Source: Octopus sinensis
Lineage: Eukaryota
Direction of reading: 5' to 3'
Assembly: GCF_006345805.1 (NCBI RefSeq)
Contig: NC_043007.1
Location: 52,700,001 to 52,764,000, forward strand
Length of the DNA: 64,000 nt
Part shown: positions 37,902-51,093 of the stretch, piece after piece
Layout: every line of letters starts with the position of its first letter
Position numbering within the stretch: position 1 is the stretch's first letter
Translations under genes and position numbers: made by a program
The notes under the pieces: generated by a model
Seen by the model: the letters and a program-made list of their open reading frames with translations, nothing else
Told to the model about the DNA's origin: nothing
The model's database searches: none

Positions 37902-38753
37902 CACAAGGTGGTATCAAAAAGTTCCCAGTTGAGTTCTGTAGTGCACCATCAGATGGCAGGACTCGTTTGCATATGCAGTGGGAACTAGCAGTGACCTTCA
38001 TCAGGCAGTGTGCTGAGTGACATCGCTGTTTACTTCAAAAGTTGTGAAATTTGTGTTTTTGTGATCATGCGTATGCTGTAGTCTGCAATTTTATCATGGA
38101 CAGGAACAAAGAGCCAACAGGGAAATTTTGTGTTAAACTTGGGAAGTCTGTTATAGTGACACTGAGCATGTTTTGGCAAGCTTATGGCAATGAAGCAATG
38201 CGTCGTACGCAATGTTTTGAGTAGCCTGGGCACTTCAAAAGTGGAAGAACATCCCTGGAAGACAATGAAGGATCTGCAAGACCTGTCTCAAAGATCACCT
38301 CTGGAAATGTGGTATTGTGCAACAAGAATTCATCCCCCAGGGCCAGAATATCAATCAAGTACTACTGCAATGTTTTGAAGCATTTGAGGGAGGCTATTTG
38401 GTGAAAGCGACTGGATCTGCAGTGCATGGAGAATTGGATTCTACATGATGACAATGCAGGCACCCTGTTACTGAGCTCTCCTCACTTGTGAGTTTTTCAC
38501 TAAAAACATGGTATCATTTCCACACCCACCCTATTTGTCAGATCTAGCACCTGCAAATTTCCAGCTCTTCCCCAAGATGAAAATGTAGCTCAAAGGTCAC
38601 CCTTTTAACAGTGTTATTGAGTTCTAGAGTGAATTGCAGAAGGTCCTCAGCTCACTTACAGAAAATGACTTTCAGGCTGGATTCCAAAAGTGGCTGGAAT
38701 GCTAGGACCAGTGTATTGTTGCACAAGGTGACTATTTTTGTTGCCACCTTGTG
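37902..38753 (+). mobile_element. mariner, internally deleted
   Basis: TIRs cacaaggtggtatcaaaaa / tttttgttgccaccttgtg; HPPYLSDLAPANFQLFPKMK...CIVAQGDYF. Confidence 0.85.
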
Positions 38754-38899
38754 TCACATATTATATTATAGACAAATTCCTCCATTTACATAATATCAAG
38801 GTCTCATTCATTATTTTGTTGTCATACCGTTACTATTAATATACATACATAAATATATATGTATATATATACACACCGAAACCCAAATATATATATATA

Positions 38900-40042
38900 C
38901 TAGCTGAAGGTGACCCGCTCTACGCGCGGGTAAGAGTGTGGTTGTTACTTTCTCTTGCTTCCTTTCAGCACGTAAAAAGCACCATCCGAACATGGCCAAT
39001 TGCAGCGCCGCCTTGACTGGCTTCTGTGCAGGTGGCACGTAAAAAGCACCAACCGATCGTGGCCGCTGCCTGTGCCGGCGGCACGTAAATAGCACCCACT
39101 ACGCTCACAGAGTGGTTGGCGTTAGGAAGGGCATCCACCTATAGAAACACCGCCAGATCAGACTGGAGCCTGGTGCAGCCTTCTGGCTTCCCAGACCCCG
39201 GGCAAACTGTCCAACCCGTGCTAGCACGTTAAACGACGATGATGATGCTGATGATTCTCCCTCTTTGTTTCTCTCTCACTTTCCCCACTCTCTTACTCTT
39301 CCTTTCTCTCGGACTCTCCCTCGCTTTCTCTTACTCTCTATCTTTATCTATCTCTCTCCCATTTATAAACAACAAAAGATCTTGAGTAAGTTGAGAAATA
39401 AAATATTTAGAAAGGTCAATCATAAATATCAGGCAGTAACAACGGAAAGGTCTGCTTCAAGGCAGACAGCAAAACACTAACATTTAAAAAGGACAGATGA
39501 TCTTGCGAGCTGAATAAAAATAATAAAATATTGGAAACCAAAGTTTGAAGGGATAGAATGTGAGGATAGTAGAGTCACCATGGCTGGCATTTCTTAACGA
39601 CGGACAGCAATGTTTTGAAAGTTAACGGCTGGCATAATATTTTGAACTTGATGTAAAAGAAAATCCCTAAACACCAAGTTTTGAAGAGATTCTTTCTCAT
39701 GACAGTAGACTCACCATAGCAAGCATTCAAAACTTCTTCATCATGGACGGCAACACATTGACGATTAAAAGGCTGGCGCAAATTTTTTAGCTTGATGTAA
39801 CAGAGAATTCCTAAACACCCGCTCCTTAAATTTTAATCCCCTTCCAGCCCCATTTTCACATTTTGGTTAATATAACCCAATTTCATTCGGGTGTACTGGG
39901 GCCACATTTTATAAGATGAGGAATTTTGTCCTAGAGGTCACGCGTTTCATTTGAGGAAAAAAATAGTTGTCATGCAGACTTGCCAGCACTTTTAACATAG
40001 GTCTGCGTATTTTCAGCTCAACCGACCACATAATGCACACAT

Positions 40043-40075
<33 letters not shown>

Positions 40076-40829
40076 TGGAGTCTCTGTCACACGTGAGCGT
40101 TGACGCTGAATTCGACTGGTAAGCAGGTAACCTTGTGTTTGTTCAAATAGTTGTGAGCTGCTGGAGTTATTTCTCTGACGGGTAATAGGAATTTCCATAT
40201 CCTCCGAGGAAACGAACTGTTGACCCAGACAATTAGAATTAATTTTAATAAAAGCATCAATTTAAGAAAAAATAATAAAGTAGTAAAAAATGAAAATTTA
40301 GCACGAAAAATTTGCAGGGTTCTAAATAAATGTTAAAATGTAATAGATATGAAAAACCTATGTTATCACCAGAACATGAACGCTTGTTAGTGTGTTCTGT
40401 TTGTATTTGCTTCATCGGCTCGTTGAAAGGCAGACAATAGAATGCGATGACGAGATTCATAATATTTGTTGTCATGATTGTGTGTTGGTGGTGGCGATGG
40501 TAATTCTCTCTATGAATGCAGAGAGATACATAAAAGAACGCCGAAGTGATGGGAAGGTAGGAAATAGAGCGAGTGAAAAAGTGCTGGGAAGAGAGGAAAT
40601 AGCGAGAGTGAGTTGAGGAAGACAGATACATTAAAGAACGGGAGTGGACTTGTCAAAGTGGGTTTTTGGCCCTAGCAACGACACCTTTTAAGATAGGGAT
40701 TTCTAAGGTAGCCCACGGGCATCGTCACCTCATTTTACATGTCCCTGTAAATTTTGGAGTCAATTGGACGGGATGTAGTGGCCTTGAAAGCGATCCAAGC
40801 GGTGGAAACGCATTTCAGTTTTATATATA

Positions 40830-40831
<2 letters not shown>
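38900..40831 (-). mobile_element. Non-autonomous Helitron with a nested RTE 3' tail (about 38960-39245)
   Basis: Minus strand 5' TCTATATATAAAACTG; 3' hairpin CCCGCGCG-TAG-AGCGGG followed 10 nt later by CTAG|T. Related 3' ends occur at about 455-500, 12785-12822 and 29225-29267. Confidence 0.65.
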
Positions 40832-40864
<33 letters not shown>

Positions 40865-40869
<5 letters not shown>

Positions 40870-41995
40870 AGAATTCACAAAAAAACAAAAGATGAAGACA
40901 GGTGGCGTAGACAACAAACAGATGTATTAGTTTAACGCTTGGGAAGTGAAGAAGTCTTTAATGTTTCGAGCCTACCCTCTTCCACAGAAAGAAACAAGGA
41001 GAGAAAATAAAGAATGTGTAGTGGCTAGTGATCTATCATGGTGAATACCGGACAGAGGGGTCACACAGGAGAGCTAGGAAGAAGGGGAGATAATAAAGTA
41101 GTGGTGATCCCAAACGAAGGTGTGCATGCATGTGTACAAGAGAGTATGTATGTGCATGTGAAAGAGGGCTGGTGACCTTGACGTGTGCGTGTGTGTATGT
41201 GGGGCTGGGAAGTGGTCAGTTCTAGTGTGTGCATTGTGATGTGATGTAGTGTTGTGTGGTATGGTGGTGTGATGGTGTTGGGGGTGGGGGAGGCAAGAGT
41301 GGGGAAAGCAAGGGTGAGGTGTGGTTGGATTGTGTATGGGTGGGTTTACATGGGGGGGTGATGATGAAGGGGTGAAGGGAGAAGGTGGGTAGGAGTGAAA
41401 AGAAAAGGAGAGTAGGAGTGAAGAGAAGAAATAGGAGTCGGAGCAACAGAGGAGGGGTGGGTGGAAGTAGGTGTGAGGGGGAGAGGTTAGATGAAGAGGG
41501 GAGGAGAGTTGTGCCCATGTGGCGCAAAGGAGCGAAGAGAGAAGATTAATCCCTGTTCACGGTGCAAACGGAAGTCTGGATGGCCCCTGTGCAAAGAGAA
41601 TTCGAACACAAGACAGGTGTTGCAAAGAGTGACCAGTAGAGCAGAAATGGCACGAGACCGGGGTGTCATTGCCGAGCTGGATGTCTCGGAGGTGTTCCGT
41701 GAACCAGTCAACCAAGTTTGCCCAATGTATGGAGAAGGGCAGAGAGAGCAGAAGATGCAGTAGATGACATTGGTAGAAGTGCAGGTGAAGGAGTTGGTGA
41801 TGAGATAGGGTCAATGATGGGTGCTGGTGAGGAGGGTGGTGTTGGAGAGGTAAGGGCAAGTGCAGCATCGTGGGCGGGAGAAGTGGAATGAGCTGGGTTG
41901 GGAGGTTGGGTTAGGGAAGAAGCTGTGGACCAAGGTCTTGTACGTTGTGGACTCATTTGAAAGAGGGGGGTCAGTTAGGGAAGATACATACACAC
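40865..41995 (-). mobile_element. Neptune-type PLE 3' part (CxxC linker, GIY-YIG, pLTR with F1 HHR)
   Basis: RPRCCTCPYL; DWFTEHLRDIQLGNDTPVSCHF; RLHREQGLIFSLRSFAPHG. Confidence 0.8.
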
Positions 41996-42066
41996 ACATA
42001 TATATACATATATGTGTATGTATCTACATACATATATATACACAGATTTATAAAACACATGCAAGT

Positions 42067-42245
42067 ATCATCATCATCATCATCGTTTAGCGTCCGTTTT
42101 CCATGCTAGCATGGGTTGGACGGTTCACCTGGGGTCTGTGAAGCCGGAAGGCTTCATCAGGCCCAGTCAGATCTGGCAGTGTTTCTACAGCTGGATGCCC
42201 TTCCTAACGCCAACCACTCCGTGAGTGTAGTGGGTGCTTTCACGT
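42067..42245 (-). mobile_element. RTE 3' tail only
   Basis: (CAT)n followed by cgtttagcgtccgttttccatgctagcatggg. Confidence 0.8.
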
Positions 42246-42728
42246 AAATGTACTTCTTTTATTAGCTACTTTATGATTTGACATAATGAAAAAGTTTTAC
42301 AAGTACTCTCTTTTTTTTCGAACATAAATGAAAGCAATATATGAACTGTTATATGTGTATGTATGTATGTACACACACACACACATAGTAGAGTTGTCAA
42401 CTAGACTAAAGAGTCTTTTCAACTCTAGAATGACTTTGTTCATTTATTAACAGTGTTACAGAGTGTCCTGGAGGTATTTTATCGTGTAAGGTTGATTTAT
42501 ATCCCATAAGACTAAAGTATCCTTACTAACCTATGATGAAGTGAACAAAAGAGAAAGCAATGATAGAAGAACCAGGATGGATGTGTGAAGATTGCAAAAT
42601 GATAGAAACAGTATTTTAGCACAAGAGGTTGAAAGAGAGGGAAAGAAAGAGGGTTGAATACTAATACAAGTAGATAAATGGAAAATTTAAAGTGCATATG
42701 TTATATATTAATAAAATTATAAACATAC

Positions 42729-42823
42729 CCATTCTGTGGTCCACCATCATTTGTGACATTCAGTACCAGTAATTGTTGTCTTAAAAGAGTCACAAAATTA
42801 TTATGAATTCGTTGAAAGATACT
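42729..42823 (-). CDS. VPS54: VPS54 penultimate coding exon (SIFQRIHNNFVTLLRQQLLVLNVTNDGGPQNG)
   Basis: Minus strand: acceptor ctttttatattccag, 95-nt open exon (phase 0 to 2), donor GG|gtatgt. The peptide matches the recalled VPS54 C-terminal motif QLSHLNVINDGGPQNG and splices in phase to 14725-14836. Confidence 0.92.
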
Positions 42824-42894
42824 CTGGAATATAAAAAGTCACTTATATTGTTGCAGGCATTCTCTTTTAGCTGATTCTGCAGTAACAAAATGTT

Positions 42895-43797
42895 TTGTGT
42901 TGAGTCAAAATTTAGTAATATTTTGGTAATTTCTTGCCTTTATCTGTCAAGTTATGACAAAAGCATTCTAGCATTCAAAGTAGAGGCCATTGTGTTGTAT
43001 CATCTGAAGCCACCTTTCTGCCAATTCTTTAATCTTACATTAATACCAGTTCTTTTTCTTCAAAGCAAAGAACTCCTTAAGCACAGAAAGTGAACCATGG
43101 ATTGGAACAAGTAATAACAAAGGAAATATTTTTCCACAATCCTAACATGTATAAGCAGTGGTTAACCAAGGGACATCTTCCAAAACATGTTGCCAAACAG
43201 GCATTTCGAACACAAGGTGATGCTCTGCATCTGGTGGAATTACAAGGGGATAATTCACTATGAATTTGTTCTGGACAGTCAAACCATTGATGCCAAACTA
43301 TATTCCAAACAACTGGAGTGGATGTATGCCAGTATACCACAAAAATACCCTGCATTGGTTAACACAAAACAAGCTCATACCACTCAAACAACCTAGAATA
43401 AACTCCTGGAACTTGAGGGAATTGAACTGATGCCACACCTAATGAGCCAAGGCTCAGAACAAGTAATAATCCAAGGGAGCTAGGTCTGGACTATATGCCA
43501 CAACTAGCGTATAGTTTAGACCTAGCTCCCTCAGATTATTACTTGTTCTGATCCATGGCTCACTTCTTGCATTTGCAATGGTTCATCAACCAAAATGAGG
43601 AGGAAGCTGCAGTGAATGAGTTCTTTGCCTTAGACAAGAACTGGTTTCAGCATGGGAACAAAGAACTGACAAAAAGGTGGCTTCAGACAGCACAACATGA
43701 TGGCCTCTACTTTGAATGTTAGGCTGCTTTTGTTGTAACTTGACAAATAAAGCAAATAAGTTATAAAAAATATTGCAAAATTTTTGATTCAACACAA
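42895..43797 (+). mobile_element. Rearranged mariner carrying the 3' end at both termini (fold-back)
   Basis: KVMLCIWWNYKGIIHYEF...YSLDLAPSDYYLF...GLYFEC on plus; 42895-43040 is the reverse complement of about 43650-43797. Confidence 0.8.
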
Positions 43798-44244
43798 TAT
43801 TTTGTTTGTAAAGACAATACATGATATATATATATACAGTGCAAATTAAGATAACCACCAGTATAAACATTTAGATCCTACATATGTTTCACCATTGTAG
43901 TTAACTGGAACACAGCATTGGATATTTCAAGTGCATCTGGATCATCTGCAATGAATCATCTAAGGAACACTTTATTGCATTCTGTTACAGATATTGAAAT
44001 ATCTGAAGTTAGATTCAAGATGAGGTAATTTCTAAGTATTTAGAGAAGGAAGTAGAAAGTGAGCAAGCTAGTGGTGGAAAGAAAAAAGGAAGAAAGAGAA
44101 TGTGATCGAGAGAAAAAAGAGGAAGACAGAAAAGACTAACCGACATAGTACTAAACAGGATGAAAATAGGGGTATACAAGTAAATAAATGAATAAAAACA
44201 ATAAATAAATGCATAAACATATACACATGTGTGTGTGTGTGCAT

Positions 44245-44720
44245 AATCTGGATAAAATCTCTAGATACTCAGGAAGAATTTAACATTCTCTTGAACAACC
44301 TACACCCAACGCTCCAATATGCAAACGAGATGTATAGTTCCAAATTACCGTTTGTAGGCATAATGGTAATTAAAAGTGACACCACCATCACTACTGATAT
44401 AAACTATAAACACACAGACATACATCAATACCTGAACTTTAAATCATGCCATCCAACACATACAAAACGTAATATCCCATACTGCCTAGCCAGAAAAATT
44501 TGTACCATTGTGTAGGATGTTAAAACCAAAGACAGATGCCTAACAAAACTCCAAAAATTTCTACTAAAAAAAAAAAAAATCCACCTGTCTCTACTTATAG
44601 AAAATGGTATACACCATGCTATAGAAACACCCATACAACAACTTAGGGCCACTCAAGAAAGGGGAAAACAAAAGCAGGTCATAGCATTTATAGTGACACA
44701 CAATCTGTGTCACCAAAATA
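44245..44720 (+). mobile_element. PLE RT-thumb fragment (Neptune-like)
   Basis: LLNNLHPTLQY...YKHTDIHQYLNFKSCHPTHTKRNIPYCLARKICTIV. Confidence 0.8.
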
Positions 44721-44854
44721 GCTTTAGTATTGCCAAAGCATCGATAAATTCAAACCTGTTTTAAATGGACAATGATAATAATAGTTATAGTAATGGTGAT
44801 AGTTGTAATGATGATGATAATAATAATAATAATATAATAATAATAATAATAATA

Positions 44855-45064
44855 TTCAGACAAATACATAACAAAAACACCAGGACTTACAAACACATAT
44901 AACATACAGAAAATTGCACTACTAGGCACTGCACACATCCTACGCAGAACACTTTCCATACAATAACCATCAGAGCATCACAACAAATCACAGCACATAC
45001 CCAAGGCACACAGAGCTGCGCTCGGTAGTGAAGTGAAAGCACGCTATAAAAATAAAACTACTGA
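44855..45064 (+). mobile_element. 3' end of a restriction-like-endonuclease LINE (R4/Dong-like) inserted in (TAA)n
   Basis: NIQKIALLGTAHILRRTLSIQ*; (TAA)n tracts on both flanks. Confidence 0.7.
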
Positions 45065-45199
45065 ATAATAATAATAATAATAAGTACTGCTGCTATTACC
45101 AGCAACAGCAACAACAACAATAACGGTGATGGTGGTAGTGTTAACTGAAATGTAAAATTCTTGGAAAATTGCATTTTGGGTATTAGTCTATAATTCAAA

Positions 45200-45690
45200 T
45201 TTAATTTTTGTCCTAAGTACTTATCTAAAATTGCTTTGCTGAGTTTTCCTAAATCTGATTTATTGGGGCACATTAATCTAACTTGGGTGTTACTTAAGAA
45301 GTTAGCCTTATGGTCCTTAATTGTAATACAAAGTCTAATAGGTGTAAAAGGTTCTGATATATCATCTATATTGTAATCAGTCATAATTTTCTTAGTGTCT
45401 AAGTTGATTGTTTTAAGAGTGCTTCTAGGAACTACTTTATATTTTTTTGTGATTTCTCTGTGGATGAGTTCATAATAAGTATTTATATCCATATTGTAAG
45501 TGTTTCTGATTTTGTCTGAATGCACTATTATTCCTTTTTTAGATTTTAATTTGCCTGCCTGCACAAGGATAAATTTGCCTTCTCTAGATATAAATATTTG
45601 TAGGTATCTAGTAGGCATCTTCTCCATTAATGGCACCCATAGTTCTTCACCATAGAAATAGTAGAATTCGATTCCTAATGTTGGCATAAA
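45200..45690 (-). mobile_element. PLE (Naiad-type) N-terminal/RT-start fragment
   Basis: CITIKDHKANF...VRLMCPNKSDLGKLSKAILD. Confidence 0.7.
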
Positions 45691-46436
45691 CTACTTGTAA
45701 TTAAGTTTGGTTAACAGATTTACTTACCCAGGCCCCTTTTAGGTAACCCAGCATTAATACCCTTAAACTAACCTGAGTTTTAAGACCCTTCTCCCATACA
45801 TAACTAAATTATATTACATTGCATCATTTTACTCCTCCTCAAAACAACCTTTACACTCTCTTATAACCATATAATGCCAGTTCTCTTAACTCTTAGCATA
45901 AATTTAGACTATAGAGTGCACAAGTATCCATTCCCCTACTTTAATAGTATCTTGATCCCCCACCTTAATAATGAATTTGTATTTGTAACATACTTTACCA
46001 TCCCATACTCATTGTTTGCTTGTTTCACTTTAGTTTATTCTAGACCACTCTAAGTCAGCATTGGTCTATTTCTATTGAATGAAGACCCCCTATTGGATTT
46101 ATACATTTCACTACACCCACCCCCATAATGAAATATTTATTTAACACTTTAATACTAACTTGACACCCCACACCCTCTTTTAGTTATGTATTTGCTTGAT
46201 CTTTATTTTGCAGTTAACACTTATCTACGTGCTATTAATATTGTTATTTTTGTGACTATGTGTATTAATACTTGCATGGGGGATTATTTGTTGAAACTAG
46301 CATATGTAAATACCCATGTATGTGTTAATATAGCAATAAAATATATATTACAATTATTCGGGTACATAGATGGGTGTGTACTTGTGTGGACGGATGCTGT
46401 ATGTGAATGCGCATCTAAGTATGAGAGTGTACATAG

Positions 46437-46470
<34 letters not shown>

Positions 46471-46479
46471 TTATATAGG

Positions 46480-47810
46480 AAAGTTTTGTGGTTTAACTCT
46501 GCATTTAATACTGCCGTAAAAACTAATATAGGTATGGAATTCTTAAAATTAGATTCTAAACATTTTCAATCTAGCCATAAGTTCTATAGAATATTTAATA
46601 TTTGCAAAAACTTTGCCTCTTTTATTAACCAGCATAACATGAAAATTACTACAAACAACTACAGTGCCAAAGCTAATGTGAGGAACTGCAACTTCAAAGA
46701 TATGGCTTGCTGTCCATTGGAAAGAAAATGTCTTGAAAAAGGAATTGTTTATAGAGCTAAAGTGCAAGTAGCTAGCTCACAAGAATATAAAACATATACA
46801 GAGGCTTCAGAAAATTCATTCAAGACTCAATTCTATTCCCACCAAAATTCTTTCTGATACCCCAAGAATATGACAGCAACTAGTCTTGCAAAACATGTCT
46901 AAGTTGATAAAGAATGGCACCTGTCCTTTCAATGTGACCTGGGAAATTCTAGAAAAAGCATCATCATACAGTCATGGAGCTTATAAAAGACCAATGAAAT
47001 TTAATCTTTGCCTCTCATAAAAGTTCTTTGTCCTGTTCCAGGATAAACATGCTTTGAACCAGAGATGTGAGCTCCTAAATTCCTGCAGGCACGCCATGAA
47101 GTTAAAAATGTTAACTAATAAAATACCATATGGGTAAAATATCTTGACTTTCAGAAAATTTTGACTGTTGCATTTAAATTTGACTTTACACATCACAGTT
47201 ATTTTGTGTTATAATGCTAGTGCATATTTCAACTTCACTTTTAAGAAAGCCTTGGCTGTTTTACAAATTTAAGCTTAAGCTTCGCCAAGGTCTATTTTTA
47301 TTGTTTACACACACATTTAATTATGTTATATCAAATTAATGAACAATTTCCTTATTTTAACATTTTAATATTATATACATCAGGCCGTCTTTTAAATTGT
47401 TTGCGTATATACGTTATGATGTGTATATTTATCTTGATGTGAAGATATGTCTATATATTCATGTGTTTGTATGTATTGTAGGTATGTGTATATATGTGCA
47501 TATATATATATATATATATGTATGTAAATATTTATATATATATGTGTATATATTTTTATATATGTGGGCATGTATTTGCGTATATATTTTTCACATATTT
47601 GTATGTGTATCTATATGTGTGTGTATTTGTAAGTATGTTTGTATTTATATAGATATACAGGTAATTTTTATGTGTGCGTTTTTATGTTTGTTTCGCAAGC
47701 TAGACAAAGTATCTAACAGTTATAATTCGATTATAGCAGTGACTCGATCAATTCCTGGCAATATCTGAAGAAGGAATTCTCATATTCTGAAATATTATAT
47801 CAGACTATGA
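46480..47810 (+). mobile_element. PLE (Naiad-type) GIY-YIG, 3' UTR and HHR
   Basis: WFNSAFNTAVKTNIGMEF...RNCNFKDMACCPLERKCLEKGIVYRAKV...YTEASENSFK; HHR at 47761-47800. Confidence 0.8.
47761..47800 (+). ncRNA. Minimal type I hammerhead-like motif, family F8
   Basis: ATAT-CTGAAGA-A-GGAAT tctcat ATTCT-GAAA-TA-TT-ATAT. Confidence 0.65.
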
Positions 47811-48209
47811 ATAATTAAATCATAATAGTTATTATCATCCACTCTGCATTGTTGTGCCATTCAAGACATGTTATATTTCATAAATAAATTGCATTTAACT
47901 GATTAGAACTTCATTATGATTAATATTATTAATTAATACTACAAACATAACTTTTGTAAATTATTATGATTAATATAAAACCTTACTGTATCTCTGACTA
48001 AAACCTATTGGCATATCCCACAATTATTTTTGTTTTTTCATTATTTATCCATCCTACTCCCCACTCAACCAGTACAAAGGATTAATCCACCAGCTGCTAT
48101 TTTGTCTTAGTTTTTTACTTAACTGCCCAAAGAGACGCACAAGCAAAATGGTATGATTACAACCATATTCAACTTTACCCTTTTTCTTCTCTATGCTGTT
48201 CTTTATTTA

Positions 48210-48589
48210 CACTTGCGTCAGAAATTAATTAGCACTTCTCAAATTTCTACATTAAATAGGTTAAATCAATTAACCTATGAGCTGTTCAAAACGTCTTACG
48301 CGATGAGAAAACTTAGTATGGTGTGATTTCGGTCCTTGCGAGGCGCTACCTATATCTATTAAACAAAGGAAGATTTGTCTGCATCCGCACTCCAAGTTGT
48401 TGTTGCACTGCTATGTCAACATCATAAGGGTGTAGACTCTCAAACTGCTCTGCAAACAAAGTTACGTCATCGTTCTGCGCAACAGTGAACTCGCAACAAA
48501 GCAATAGTTCGAGATATGGCCACTAGGTGACAGCACATACCTTGAGTGAAGAGCAAATCAAGGGTGCTAATTAATTTCTGACGGTAGTG
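48210..48589. mobile_element. Tc1-like MITE, 380 bp
   Basis: TIRs cact(tg/ac)cgtcagaaattaattagcac with TA on both flanks; no ORF. Confidence 0.75.
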
Positions 48590-48879
48590 TATTCTTCACT
48601 CTGATGAAGCTCCTTGTTTCAGATTGGTTTTATTACCAAATATGATTAATACTTTTGCATATCAATGGCAATACTATATAACATTGGAAGCAGAAACAGC
48701 TGTTAGATAGGATGCAGTCTATTTGCATTGAATGAATAAATAATAATTTATGTAAGTCAATTGTTGTTCATCAGTACTTCTCCATTTTCTGTTTTCTTTA
48801 AATTTTGATTCTTGATAAACCCATGTTTATCCTTGTCTTTACCTATAACTTATGAACATAATATGTTTGCATATGTATG

Positions 48880-50530
48880 GCCATGGTTAAATATAGGTAA
48901 TATACCAGTTTCTAGCCTTTCCTCCGATAAGGACATTTTTAATAGCATTGCCTCAGTTCATAATAAGGCATTAAAAGATAGTGGTTTTAGCAAAAAAATA
49001 AAATATACACCTGTTACTAGCCCAACAGTAAAGAAGAGGAAAAATAGAAATAGGAAGATCATCTGGTTTACAACCCCTTACTCACCCGAGGTGACCTTCA
49101 ATATAGGTAAATATTTCTTAACACTGATAGATAGACATTTTCCAGTTAACCATACTTATAGGAAACTCTTCAATAAACAATTTAAAAATTAGTTTTAGTT
49201 CAACTACCAATTTAAAAAATATAATCAAACATAACATACAAAAACCACAACAAGAAAACAGCTGTTCATGCAGGAATAAAAAATTGTGCCCGCTAAATGG
49301 AGTTTGCATGTCCGAGACCATCATCTATGAAGCTACCGTGGACTCTATAACCACTAAAGACACTGTTTCGACGAAGAGATATGTGGGCCTTACAGAGGGT
49401 AATTTCAAGGCCAGGTTCAATAACCACACCTTGAGTTTTAGGCACTGGAAGAAAAGAAAAGCGACAAAATTATCTAATTTTGGTCTTTAAAAGATAGAGG
49501 TGTCAATTATAACATCCATTGGAAGATTTTGGCCAAATGTAAGCCCTACACCAACAGCAGCGGAAAGTGCGGTCTATGCGACATGGAGAGATGGCTTATC
49601 TGGAAAAGCAGCTTAGACCCTACTACATGTCTAAACTCAAGGACAGAACTTTTCGGATCATGCCCATATGTGACAAAATTTTTGTTACGTTTTTGGTCCC
49701 CTCAAGAAAACAGATAGAACTTGCTTTCTATATTATGTCCAAAAAGTTTTTTATCTCATTATACCTTTTATTATTTCATATATTTTTATATTTTCACACA
49801 TAATAATTTTTTCTGTACTCTTCCATCCTGCATTTTTTCCTGTGCCTATATAGACGTGTATATAGATTCATTTGTACACGTGTATGAGTATGTATGAGCG
49901 GGCAGTTTTAGATGTGTGCGTGTGTGCGGGCATAAGAATGCTTATATATATAGACGTTTTTACTTAGTATTTTTACAATTTTTTTGGTCTTTATTGGGCA
50001 TATGTATATTCATTTTTTGTGTATGCATGTGTGTGTATGCGTATATAAACATGTGCGGGTATGTACATATATGGGCGTGTGTGTGTATGAGTGCATAAGG
50101 GCATGTCCGTATATGAACGTGGTTTTTATGCTTTGTATACTTCCTTATGTTTTTTTTCTGTTACCTTTAACCATGTTTTTTCTTGTGCTTGTGCATATAT
50201 AGACATATGTATGAACTTTTACATTACGCGCGTGTGTGTATGAGTTTGTATATATATGCGTGTACATTTGGCGAAAAATGCGAGTGAAGATGTGTACGTT
50301 TTCATAGTGACGTATAAGTACGCACGTGGGTCTGTGAGCGCACATGTGAACGTATGAGTAGCCATGTTTACGTGTTTACTATGAACTTTTAATAACACAG
50401 TAATTTCCCTTTATATAACAGTATTTTTTCATAGCGTTTTTCAGATGGCCAGATAACCGAAGAGATGGTGTTGTGGATTTCCACTTCGGCATCTGAAACT
50501 CAGAGTTTTATCTTGACTATTGAGAAATTG
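48880..50530 (+). mobile_element. PLE of the same family as 8446-10545 (GIY-YIG, 3' UTR, HHR)
   Basis: RKIIWFTTPYS...SCSCRNKKLCPLNGVC...IIYEATV...RYVGLTEGNFKARFNNH; HHR-like motif at 50451-50513. Confidence 0.85.
50451..50513 (+). ncRNA. Hammerhead-like motif F3, second copy (U4 to C)
   Basis: AGATAA-CCGAAGA-GATG...CATC-T-GAAA-CTC a GAG-TT-TTATCT. Confidence 0.6.
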
Positions 50531-50622
50531 TAACATATTATTATATATATATATATATATAAATTCCTCTATTTACATAATATTGAGGTCTCTTTCTTTG
50601 TTTTGTTATCTTACTGTTTTTA

Positions 50623-50669
<47 letters not shown>

Positions 50670-50741
50670 AAATATTAGGGAATAAATCCAAACTTACAGG
50701 GAAAAATCAGATTTAGGATTAAATCCAATTTTATAGTATAA

Positions 50742-50830
50742 ATATATTATATTAAATTAGAGATAAAACCACGTTTTTCATTGTTTGATTTGCCTAATAG
50801 TGGTTTTATCTCTAATTTAATATAATATAT
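50742..50830. repeat. 31-bp perfect inverted repeat
   Basis: atatattatattaaattagagataaaaccac / gtggttttatctctaatttaatataatatat. Confidence 0.8.
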
Positions 50831-50833
50831 ATA

Positions 50834-51049
50834 TACTCTTTACTCTTTTACTTGTTTCAGTCATTTGACTGCGGCCATGCTGGAGCACCACCTTTAATCG
50901 AGCAACTCGACCCGGGACTTATTCTTTGTAAGCCCAGTACTTATTCTATCGGTCTCTTTTGCTGAACCGCTAAGTGACGGGGACATAAACACACCAGCAT
51001 CGGTTGTCAAGTAATACTAGGGGGACAAACACAGACACAAACACACACG

Positions 51050-51093
<44 letters not shown>

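Larger units (their letters stand above)
14837..42728 (-). other. VPS54: VPS54 last intron, 27,892 bp, almost entirely transposon and microsatellite
   Basis: GT-AG boundaries and phase compatibility of the two exons. The conserved peptide NDGGPQNG|LV is contiguous across the junction, leaving no room for an intervening coding exon. Confidence 0.85.

Noticed and set aside
48601-48640. CTGATGA at 48601 as another hammerhead
   Set aside because: No stem II followed by GAAA could be built downstream.
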